Below are positions 13,217 through 23,880 of a stretch of 64,000 bases of DNA, one piece after another. The position numbers and the translations under genes were made by a program. Each line of letters opens with the position of its first letter. Positions within the stretch are counted from its first letter, which is position 1. Below the pieces are notes generated by a model that saw nothing but the letters and a program-made list of their open reading frames with translations, ran no database searches and was not told where the DNA came from. Source of the stretch: Mobula hypostoma (Eukaryota). The stretch covers positions 72,542,001-72,606,000 of the forward strand of contig NC_086108.1 of assembly GCF_963921235.1 (NCBI RefSeq), in the 5' to 3' direction.

Positions 13217-14114
13217 TTCCCAAATATACCTGACATAGGGCTGAGTGCACTGACCCTGTCATTAAAGCCTGGAATTTCCAGGAAATTTAATTGATTCTAA
13301 GACACAGGACAAATTTCTCATGAGGAAATTTTCATGTAACTGGTATATACTTAAATATTGCTGTGTCTGGATTTCATTGATAAAGTACCAAACTTCCTTG
13401 TTTGCATAGTTTTATCCAGATTACCAAACTATCTTCCCATGGAAAAGATGAGTTTCCTGAGTTTTTTGCACAAGTCATGAGCTGCTGTAAACTTAAACCC
13501 AACAATGCCACCTGCTACCTGAAGCAAGTGGAACTGAGCTCGGTGACACTCCCTTTCTAGTTAATCCTTGAATTTTATCATTAAGATCTGCACAACATCC
13601 CACAAGATGTTTTCAGCCTCATTCTGAACTCCTGATATTTTCAACTGAGTCATTGGAAAGACCTCTCCCTAGACATTATAATAGAAGAGGAAGATGTGAA
13701 GGCAAGACAAAACAGAGCAAAGGGCAGTCAGTCATGGTATTGTCTCACTGGTAGCAACACATTCTTACTCACTTTGAACTGTTTTAGTGTTTTGGTGTTG
13801 ATTAAACACTTAGCAGGAAATTTAAGTGCAAATTCCTAATAGTGGATGATCCCTAAAGGGATTTGTGCAGAAAGTGAAACTGACGGAAGGGATCATCAAT
13901 AATTGTAATGAATAGCAAAACAGGTAAGAAGGCCAGGGTAAAATTTCCATTGCAAATGGGACAAATAACTATAATTTCCATACAGGTCTGAAAGGTAAAA
14001 TTCTAACTCGGTGTTCTTGCATTACTTCATTAACTGTAATTTGGATATATTCCTGGCAGATTTGCAAGTCAACAAAAAAAGATTGCTAGAGGACATTAGA
14101 ATCAAATTCATTGC

Positions 14115-15081
14115 TTTGCACACAGTGCTTTGTGAGCAATTTTGGGTCCCTTGCTAAGAAAGGATGTGCTGGCATTGGTTTGGGTCCAGAAAAGGTTTTC
14201 AAGGAATGAAAGGGTTAATGTACAAGGTGTGTTTGATGGGTCTGGGCCTGTATTCACTGAAGTTTAGAAGAATGAGGGAGTGAAGCTCTCGCTGAAACCT
14301 TTCAAATATTGAAAGGCCTAGACAGAATGAACATGGAAAGAATGATTATAATATTCGTCGTCGTCGTGGCTATCCCTTGAGGTCGAGGATGATGGTCTTC
14401 GTTCTGAAGAAGTGGCCCACAGAGCAAAGACGCCTATGCGTGTACTTGTTTAATGTGTACTTGATGTTGCACTCCAAGAAGCACATGATACTTCACAAAT
14501 CAACCAACTGATTCCAATGGCGTGGAAACCACGACGATTGGAGCTGATGGATTTGTTGCAGCCTTCATCCGCCTTCACAGCCATTGAGTTCGAAGTAACT
14601 TTGTCCGCCTGTTCCACTGTTGAGGTCTTGGTTGGATTGTTCTTTGTCAGGGACCTCACCCTCGACCTTACCGCCATGGGTGACCCTACCAGGAGCATAG
14701 CTCCAGATGGCATTGCTCTTGGGATCACAGGATCACACAAGCTTCTCCACCACGACAAGGTGACAATCCACGGTTATAATAGTGGAAGAGTCTGGCGCCA
14801 GAGAAAGTGTAACCTCATAGCCGAAAGATGTCCCTTTAGAACAGCGTTGAGAAATTTCTTTAGCCAGACGATGGTGAATCTGTGTAATTACTTGCCACAA
14901 ATGCTTATGGAAGCCAAGTCATTGGGTGTACTTAAAGCAGAGGTTGGCGGGTTCTTGATTACTAAGGGTATCAAAGGTTACGGGGGAAGGTGGGTAAATG
15001 GGATTGAGAGGGAAACAAATCAGCCGTGATTGAATGACAAATCTCGATGGGCTGAATGGCCTAATTCTGCTCCTATGTCTT
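14115..15081 (+). mobile_element. CR1 3' fragment interrupted by an RTE-derived insertion
   Basis: CR1 C-terminal text continues across the 14354-14773 insertion and ends in cctaattctgctcctatgtctt. Confidence 0.85.
14354..14773 (-). mobile_element. Short non-autonomous RTE (Expander/Rex3-like) derivative with 8-bp TSD
   Basis: TSD ttataata at 14346-14353 and 14774-14781. Minus-strand start caccttgtcgtggtggag..gagctatgctcctggtagggtc resembles an RTE 5' UTR. Ends in a (GAC)n tail. Confidence 0.75.
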
Positions 15082-15083
15082 AA

Positions 15084-15436
15084 CAAATGATGAAAGGCCC
15101 AGATAGAATGGATGTGGAAAGTATGTTCCCTATGGTGGGAGTGTCTAAGACCAGAGGACACAGCCTCAAAATAGTGGATACCCTTTTAGAATGGAGCTGA
15201 GGAAGAATTTCTTTAGACAGAGTGGTGAATCTGTGGAACTTGTTGCCACAGGCAGCTGTGGAGACCAAGTCTTTATGTATATTTAAGGCAGAGGTTGATA
15301 GATTCTTGATTGGTTAGGGCATGAAGGGATACAGGGAGAAGGTTGAGAGGAAAAAGGGATCAGCCAGGATAAAATGTCAGAGCAGACTTGATGGGCCAAG
15401 TAGCCTAATTCTGCTCATATATCTTACGGTCTTACA
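15084..15436 (+). mobile_element. Second CR1 3' fragment, directly in tandem with the first
   Basis: Repeats the DRMDVE..SKTRGHSL..LWNLLP segment and the 3' tail. Confidence 0.88.
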
Positions 15437-16523
15437 AGCACCCAGATCTTGCAGAATCTACCTCAATGCTTTCTGGCTTTAACTTCCAATGGAAGTGGCC
15501 CTAAAATAGTATTGTGAATCATGGAGAACTAGCTTCTTTTTTGATTTAATCATGCATTTATTTACAGTTTGTGTTGTAGAGACTGTTGGGGTGGGTGTGG
15601 GATGTGAATGGTGATTATTACATGCCATGGTTATCACATACAGTGTAGTGATTAAAACTTGGTACCTGTATCAGACAGCATCGTATTTAGATTAGTAGCT
15701 TCAATCACCTCAAACTACTGATAGTTGAATTTGGGTTTCTGCGCCACAACCCTCCATCAGTACTCAATGCTGGGACAGCTCAGATATGCTTGACCTCACT
15801 GGACAGGTATTGTAGATAAAATGCAGAAATTATAGCTGCCCTATATTCACTACTGAACACCCAAATTATGCAGCCTTTGGGAGCATGGAGGTCAGGAATC
15901 CTGTCATGGATTATTGAAGCTGTTGCCACTATTTGCTGAGTCATCTTTTTGTTTTCAGTCTGGGGCTCAGCAATCTTAAAGTGGGTGAGCCTAACTCACT
16001 TACTAAAGGCCCAGCACCTAAACTCAGTCATTAGCAAAAGTGTAAACTGCCATTATCTTATTTAAAAACACTTCTTGTAGGAATCGATATCTTTTTTAAA
16101 AAATAGCTTCTAAATGTAGTATTTTATATTTGAAATAGTTGATGTGAAGGAGTAATGCAGATAGAAAATGTCATCAAAGAACTCTGAAATATGCACATGT
16201 TCAGCTGGTCAGTTTTTCACCTGCAAGCTCTAACTTAATTATATTGCGGTTTCCAATTATGTGACTCTTTAACAGAAACTGTCCTGCACAAAGCAATGCT
16301 AGTTTATATAGCTACAATTGTAGAAATACCCCTTCCAAAGCTTCCGGTCCTGCTGGAATAGCCAACTGGACTGCTTGTCAAGAATGATAAGAATACATGT
16401 CAGAATACAAGATGTTTGCAGCTTGTTACATAATGGTTGTGATTAAAAATCCAGTTCAATTGATGCTCAGAGGAGTCTGCTGGCTGGCATAATAAATGGT
16501 CTCTCTGTGTTCTACATTGACAG

Positions 16524-16616
16524 TTCCCTCGGGGCAGGAGCTAACTGAGCTGTTAACTCTGCCGGATCAAGCACCGCAGATTGTGATGAAGCTGATTGAG
16601 GCCTTGGAAAAGCAAG
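16524..16616 (+). CDS. PIK3R3: Internal coding exon (93 nt, phase 1-1) of a p85-type PI3K regulatory subunit; N-terminal part of the BH/RhoGAP-like domain
   Basis: Acceptor tctacattgacag| and donor CAAG|gtactg. Translation xPSGQELTELLTLPDQAPQIVMKLIEALEKQG aligns by eye with p85alpha [31 protein letters not shown]. The family call is strong. PIK3R3 rather than PIK3R1/PIK3R2 is inferred from divergence and very long introns. Confidence 0.85.
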
Positions 16617-16769
16617 GTACTGTCGTTAATAATTCTTTCAGTTACACTGTGTGGGCAAATTACAGGCATACACTTGTACAGGCGCATTCTAGTGTGCATG
16701 CAGTTCATTGCCAGAATACAGATTCTCCTCTTTTTCTGCATCAAAATTAAAGGGTTCAGGTTCCAGTCC

Positions 16770-17092
16770 ATGCTGAGGATTGCGATAGGAGTCTTCATGT
16801 ACAAACAGGAAGTGCTAGAAGTACTTGACAGGTCATCCATGGAGGGAGAAGCAGAGTTAACGTTTCAGGTCAACAACTCTTCGTCAGGGTCACTGGCATC
16901 AATCAGAGTCAGAGACACCCACTTGGCTCCCCTTCAAACCTTCAAAGGTCAAGGCAAACAAAGCAATATGGCAGCCTGACACTGCTCTACTAAGAATGTC
17001 GACTGTTGCAAGGTTTTGACCTGAAGCATCGACAATTCCGTACCTCCCACTGAAACTGCTTGAACTCGTGAGTTCCTCCAGCAGATTGTTTG
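16770..17092. mobile_element. Short Penelope-like relic with inverted ends
   Basis: Left end ..agagttaacgtttcaggtcaa..cttcgtcagg and right end ttgacctgaagcatcgac..gagttcctccagca are inverted versions of the PLE terminus. Confidence 0.55.
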
Positions 17093-18489
17093 TCTCCCCC
17101 CCCCCCCCCCACCGCAAGACCTTGCTGGCCTCATAAAAGATTTTACCTGGCCTGAGTTTGAATTGCAAGGTTTTGGTCACAAACCGCTGGAGGCATTGAT
17201 TCCTGAGAAAAGATCGTGATCATTCCTAAAAGAAAGAATATTGACTGGGCTGAGGAACATGTGAGGGAGCAGGATTTGGAATGATAGTTCACATGGGGAA
17301 GATCAGCAGCATAGCTGGCCTGCTTTCCTGCTGTGAGCTGTTGTGTTAGCAGCACTTTCCAATTCTCCAATGCTACTCAGAAGGGACTCTGAGATTGGAT
17401 AGAGCAACGCGTCTTATTCTGTCCCCTGTAGCTGCCATGCCTCTGAGTGGGGTAGATTTGTGAAGGGGTAGTAAAGTGAGTTATACTCCTTTTAAGCTAA
17501 ACTAACAGTTGACAGTGTTTACCTCTATTCTGCTCTCCGTTCCTTCTCTGCTCTTTGGGCTTTGACACTCACAGACCCACTTGGGTTCTTTATGATGTCT
17601 TTGCTTGGGATGCAATAAGGGAATACTATGCTTATGGAGAACTGTTGTGAGTGGAGGTACCTCACCAGGATCCAAGCTCACACCGTTGCTTTAAGGCTGG
17701 GTTCTGAAAGTTGTGTAATGTGTAATAAACTGTTACATTGGATAGATGGAATTTGTTTGTTAGTTAGAAAAGAATAATTGTGCCCATGCAGGGCAGATGA
17801 CCTGGCATTCCTCCAGCTCACTGTCCTTCGGGGCAGCTCGTACCTCTTCCAGATGAATCAGAGGTTTACGGCTAAACTAGGACACACCTTTAATATGCTC
17901 TGGCTTCCAAATTTAACAGACTGCGTTCCATTCATTTCAAGTAGCTGTAAACCAATATGTGTTCCAAATTTCAAAGTATTTATAAAATGATGGAATTCTC
18001 TGTGATTTAAAGGAAACAGAAAGGAACCCTAACACAATGAGAATAGTCAACCACACAGCTTGTCATTAAGAAAACTGCAGCCAAACAAACCACTGAGGTG
18101 GGCTGAGTTCGTATCCATTTTATGTTGTGAAGTCTTCACCCCTCCAAAGCTTTCCATCTTTAAACCTCAGCAGTCTGGGACAATGTCCATATGAAATTCC
18201 TTTGTATTGAATTTATGAGCAGATGGGAAAATACCTGACCTGTGTAGTCTCCCCTGCCTTGAATGGTTTGCAGGACAAACCTTTAATCCTCTGAGAGGCT
18301 CTGTTCTCCTAAAGCAACATGCTTGTATCAAAGAATCAGGGCAATTGACTTCCACATTTATAATTTTTTATTTGTACCATTTTGTCTCAAAACTCTCTTG
18401 TTCCTCCTTCATTTGGTTCTGTGACAGAAGCCTTTCCCCATTTTTTTCAGGAATCAAAAATGACAGATTTCAGTAACTCCTGAATTCTA

Positions 18490-18995
18490 ATACTCCTCCA
18501 TATCTTTCTCACTTCCAATTCCCCTCCTTCCGCAGTTCTACACCTTGCTGAGTTTTTGGTCTCTCTGTTGGCCTTCCCCATTCTGATCGCAGACAAACAA
18601 CTCATTTTTATTCCCCTACTAATTCAACTCAGTGAATTCTGAGCCGACATGATGCTGCTCACCTCTAACCCTGCAGTAAAGACAAACTCCAACATCGAAT
18701 ATGTTGACAAGGGCAGAGCTGTTGTCGATTGGCAAACTGATCTCCATCTCAGTGAGGCCGAAGACCAACTCAGTGCATCTCCTCATGCTTCTCACTGGGC
18801 CATGACCCCAACACTGGACATCAGGCCATTGGCTTCCAGTCACTGGCTTCACTTGCTGTGGCGATCCCTCTCCGCAGCCTCCTGCCTCATGTTAACCCAG
18901 CGCCTCACGGTCCACTTCTGCCTCCTGGCAAAGGTTTACAAGCAGAACTGTCCAGGACATCCCATTACATCAGCTTTTTCTTGCTTCACACATGC
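18490..18995 (+). mobile_element. Penelope-like element RT remnant
   Basis: ORF 18649 contains KTNSNIEYVDKGRAVVDWQTDLHLSEA and HFCLLAKVYKQNCPGHPITSA, decayed forms of the PLE motifs ADKGGAVVVW and FYLLPKIHK...RPIVS. Confidence 0.75.
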
Positions 18996-20014
18996 AACAC
19001 TGGGAATCTGCTATAAGTGGAGAGATCATTTCAATTATAGTCACTGGGGTTGAGGTGGGTATTGGAGAACCTTCAGTTACTGCTTCCTTGTTTCTCTAAT
19101 GAAGCATGTGACAAAGGAAAGTTTACTGGAGCCCATGGATGACTTTTGCCCATCTAATTAGTATCCTGACAGGGTTCCACAGGGGCACCCCGGGCTCGTG
19201 CACAAGGACGGAAGGTGGAACCTGTATTGCTCAACTACACCCTAGTTTCTCGGGATGTGTGTGGGATCCTCTTCAGCATGAGACACCAATATGTCTTTCT
19301 AGAACACATTGCAGAGTGAGGGTGAACATTTAATTATGATGCTTTATGTTGTCACAAATCATCTTGATCAAATTTAATTCAACCCGTTGGCAATTTACAA
19401 TTGGATAGTGTTATAGCCTTCAGGTTCAGCAGTGGATAGGACATATTCCAGACTTGGATTTGGGAAGTAACATTATTTGAAGAATCTTAAAGGGGATATG
19501 TTTCAGCTCTTACCCTCCTGCAGCAGCCCCAGGGTTGCAGACAATCTTGGATCCCCTGCGCACTTGATGCAAAATGATGGGTTGTACATTTGTTTTGTCT
19601 CAACTGGCAGGCCTTGTGGTTGAGCTTCTGTGCTTGGAGGGCAGGAGCTGATGACACACACACTAACTCTTTTAAGCAGCACCAGATTCCAAATTCAGAA
19701 AGTCCTAAAAGGAACGGACGGCACCTGAATGGCAGCAACACCCACCCACGCGGGTAGGCATCTTTTCAACATTTAGAGTTAACTGGTAATATTTTTAATT
19801 TTCCACCTGTAAATACTTTTGATGTGGTTTCATTAAGTCATTGCAACAGCAAGGTTCTTAGTCAAATTTGTTACATAGCTAATCCTCAGTGTGAAACTTG
19901 CCCTTGGAGGTCATTTCATTGGACTCGTTATGAGGCACATCTGTCTCGAATGCAAATAAAGAGAACTGCAGGTTCCAATGCAAATGTCAGAAGCATTGAA
20001 TTACAGAGCTTAGA

Positions 20015-21602
20015 CACAAAAGATTCTGCAGATGCGACACACACACACAAAATGTTGGAGGAACTCAGTAGTTAAGGCAGCATCCATAGAAAAGAATGAA
20101 CAATCAATGTTTCGGGCTAAGACCCTTCATCAGCACTAGAAAGGAAGGGGAAAGAAACGGGAATAAGGGGGAGGGGAGGGGGAGGAGTATGGGTACCGCC
20201 CAGGACGTGTTAAGTGAAGCGGGTGGGTGGGGTTGGGGATGAAGTAAGCATCTGGAAGGTGGAGGTAAAAGGTAAAAGGCTGGAGACAAAGTAGTCTGAT
20301 CCGAGTGGAAAGTGAGTCTCGGAGAAAGGGAAATAGGAGAGGCATGAGGGGGAGGTGTTAAAAGAAGGAAAGCGTAAAGGGGATCCAAAATGGGGAATAG
20401 AAAAGGGGAGGGGGAGAAATTACCAGAAGTTAGAGAAATTGATGTTCCGACTTGAGTATGGCCTCATCAGAGCAGTAGAGGAGGCCATGGACCAACGTGC
20501 TGGAATGGTAATGGAGATTGGAATTAAAATGGTTGGCCACCAGGAAATCCTGCTTTATGTGGATGGAGCAAAGGTGCTCAACAAAGTGGTCCCCCATCTA
20601 CGTCTGGTCTCACCAATGTAAAGGAAGCTGCATCAGGAGCATCAGATAGAGTAGGCGACCCCAACAGGTCACAGGTGAAGTGTAGCCTCACTTGGAAGGA
20701 CTTTTTGCGGCCCTGAATGGAGGTGAACGAGGAGATGAATGGACAGGTGTTGTACTTCTTCCACCTACAGGAATAGGTTGCAGGAGGGAGAAATAAACTA
20801 GGGAATCATGGAGGGAGTGAACCCTTTAGAAAGCAGAGTGTGGGGGCAGGGAAAGATGTGTTTGGTGGGAGGGTCCAGTTGAAGATGGTAGAAGTTGCGA
20901 AGAATGATGTGTTGGATGTGGACACTCATGGAGTTGTAGATGAAGACAAGAGGAACACTATCTCTTTTAAGGTGGCAGAAAGATGGGAGTGAGGGTGGAT
21001 GTTTGGGAAATAGAGGAGATGTGGACAAAGGCAGTATCAATGGTGGAGGAAGGGAAACCCTGGTCTTTGAAGAAAGAGGACATCTCAGATGCCCTGGAAA
21101 GGAAAACTTCATCCTGGGAATAGGTGCAGTGGAGACAAAGGAACTGTGAAAAGGGAATGGAATTTTTTACAGGAGACTGTGTGAGAAAAAGTGGAGTCAA
21201 AATAGCTGTGGGAGTTGGTAGGTTTACAAAAGAGAGTTTGCCTTCACCCCATCCTCTCCCCCTTCCCTCTTCTGCAATTCTCCACTTTGACACCCCTCTT
21301 ACCCCTTCTCTTCTCCTCCCCTGCCTATCACCTTGCACTGGTGTCTCTCCTGCTTCCCTTTCTCCCATGGTTCACTCTCCTCTCCTGTCAGATTCCCTTT
21401 CCACCTTTCACTTCCCAGCTTCTCACTTCACCTCCTTTCCCCCACCCATCTGGTTTCACCTATCACCTTCCAGCTTGTACCTTTCACCTCCTCCCACCTT
21501 CTTATTCTGCCATCTTCCCCCTTCCTTTTCAGTCCTGATGAATGGCACTGACTGTTTATTTATTTCCACAGATGCCTGACCAGCTGATCTCCTCCAACAT
21601 TT
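20015..21602 (-). mobile_element. Penelope-like retroelement, truncated, with inverted terminal duplication
   Basis: Minus strand KNSIPFSQFLCLH..SQDEVFLSRASEMSSFFKDQGFP (RT C-terminus) and decayed GIY-YIG region (..GDHFVEHL). 21235-21602 is an inverted copy of the 20015-20420 end. Confidence 0.85.
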
Positions 21603-22248
21603 ACTGAACATGCATTCACTCTTCCACATCAGTCCTGTAGTTTACATTCTACTCTGTTGATGGTTTTCTTGGTGACATTTATTTTTGGTATGCAAAACAA
21701 GAAGAATGAGTATAAAACTTGATTAATTGCTTTTGGAGGTATAGAGAATGCCGTGTCTGAAGTCACTGGGGACTTTGAGGGATATGTCAGCACAAATACT
21801 ATGTATCACAGCAGAGTGCAATTTCTGTGTCCTTCGCATTTTACAACCTGCTGCTGTACAACTTGTTGGACCAATAATTTAATGAATATTTCCCACATAC
21901 ACCAAAAACCTTTAGTGTACTTCCCCAGTCCTAAATATGGCCTTGGCTTAGTAGAAAGTGTAATGACATACATGAAGAGTTTCTGCTTTTACAGACCCAG
22001 CGGGAACCATCCACAGTAAAAGATCACTGGAAGAACACTGTTGGTGGAGGTGACAGCCTTGCAAGTGTAGAAACCCATCAATGGCAGCCACCTTCCACCT
22101 ATCTGATCTTGAAAAGTTCTGTAGGGTCAGTGGCTGTGGTTCTTGTTAGGTACACCAGGTTAAACCCCAGGGTTGTTGATTGATAAACTCGCACAATGCA
22201 GTGAACTTATTTCCATCAGAATTGAGCTCTGTTTACTCTCCCTGACAG

Positions 22249-22326
22249 GTACAGAAAGTGAAAGCCTCTACCGGCCTCCTCCTGGCTCACACAATGGCTT
22301 GCAGATCAAGGAAGCTCTTGAAATTG
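22249..22326 (+). CDS. PIK3R3: Next internal coding exon (78 nt, phase 1-1) of the same p85-type PI3K regulatory subunit, carrying the LYR arginine-finger motif
   Basis: Acceptor tttactctccctgacag| and donor ATTG|gtaaga. Joins the previous exon in frame (CAA G|GT ACA). GTESESLYRPPPGSHNGLQIKEALEI resembles p85alpha [25 protein letters not shown] and p85beta GLDSESHYR. Intervening GT-AG intron is 16617-22248. Confidence 0.87.
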
Positions 22327-23019
22327 GTAAGACATTAAGGGCTGCTAAACGCTTTAAATTAATTATTGTTTTCATTTGCAAAGACTGGAATTGACTTCCT
22401 CAAGATAAAGTGGATTTTCTTTCCTCCGCATTGTTCTCCTACTATGATACACTTATCTCCATGTGGGTTAAAAGCCTTGTGGTTACTTGTCCAAAGTGGG
22501 AATATTTCATCTTCAAGCATAAATAGTACTTGTTTATTTACTAAGTTTTATAAATATTAATAAAGTAGAAACCATGGCACATTCTCTCTTGCATTGCCCT
22601 CCTGTAGTCATCTGTAATGATAAGAGTTCTACTGCCTCGTCCCGCAACACACAGAATGAGAATTAAACGAGATTCTCCTGTTTTGAATGTTTGGTTATAT
22701 TGAAACTGAACTGCATTCTTTTGTGACCTCCATGATGTAATTTCATGCAAAATCATTAGCAGAAGGGAGTTGTAGACTGAATGTGAGTTCCATAATGCCC
22801 ACAATTTACTTTCAAGTTTGTCACGTGTCTGATATGCTAAAATGCACAGGACCCTGACAAGAAGTTCAAAGGCATAGACACACTGAGCTGGAATACAGGC
22901 AAACGGTTTTGGGCAAACATGTGACTCACAGACAGCACGGGCTCTCCCTGATTCACCTTGTGGCTGTTTACCGTTGTGGATTTCTAAATTAGATGCCCCT
23001 TTGTTGTCCAAGATAAAAT

Positions 23020-23880
23020 CCCTGCCCCTGTTTCACCCCACACAGTCTGCTTGAGCTCCATCCTGTCGTCTCTCTTCCAGGTCCATTCGAGCTCCAGCCA
23101 CCCTGCTGGGTTCTCACCCACTATGTCCTTTAGCTGCTGTGTTTTTCCTCCTGCCTGCTACCTCTGCGCCTTCACTCTCTCATCACGCTGACTACTCGGG
23201 CTTCACCCTCCCTCACATCATTCTGTGCCACTTCCAATTGCCCTGCTCTCCTTGCTTCCCCCTGTGACCAATGATAACTGCACCTTCCTTGTTTACTTGC
23301 CCCCTTTGCTCTGTTCATTCTTGCTCCGAGTTCACCCTGCATCTTGTGCCCCTTTCAAGTCCACTTGGGTTCCATTCTACTGGGTCCACACCCAGTGTGT
23401 CAGAGTCACTTCATCATCCTGTCTCTCTGCACATCTCACTGCTGTCCTCTACCTCTGTGTTCCACCTCATTCACTCTCTCATCACACTGCCTTCTTCACC
23501 AGATCGAGCTTCACCCTCCCTGATGCACTGGCTCATCACCCTGCCCCTCCTCATGTGCTGGTCACCTTGCTCTGCCCGGTTCAGCCCATGGCCGATTCCT
23601 TCCCATTGTCCGTACCTGGTTCACCTTACCAACTCTATCTCCATCCGTATTCCTGGCTCAGCCTGCATGGTTTACTTGTGCTATATCTTGTAGTGTCCCT
23701 TTACAATCTGCTTGAGTTCCACCCTACTGGGTCTGCATCCAGCCTGTCTTCATCTGTTGCCTTTCCTTCTCTCCCATGGCCCACTACCTTCTCAGCCAGT
23801 TTGCATTCAGCCTCCCTGGCCCACTGGCTCACTAACCTACACTTACTTCCCAGTTCACTTCCACTTTACCCTACTGAAAC
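23020..23880. repeat. Pyrimidine-skewed low-complexity tract
   Basis: About 860 bp dominated by C/T on the + strand with recurring ctcacc/ttcacc/cctgc words. Confidence 0.7.

Noticed and set aside
14517..15029. 170-aa ORF
   Set aside because: It is a chimera of the antisense RTE derivative and the CR1 C-terminus, reading across the TSD.
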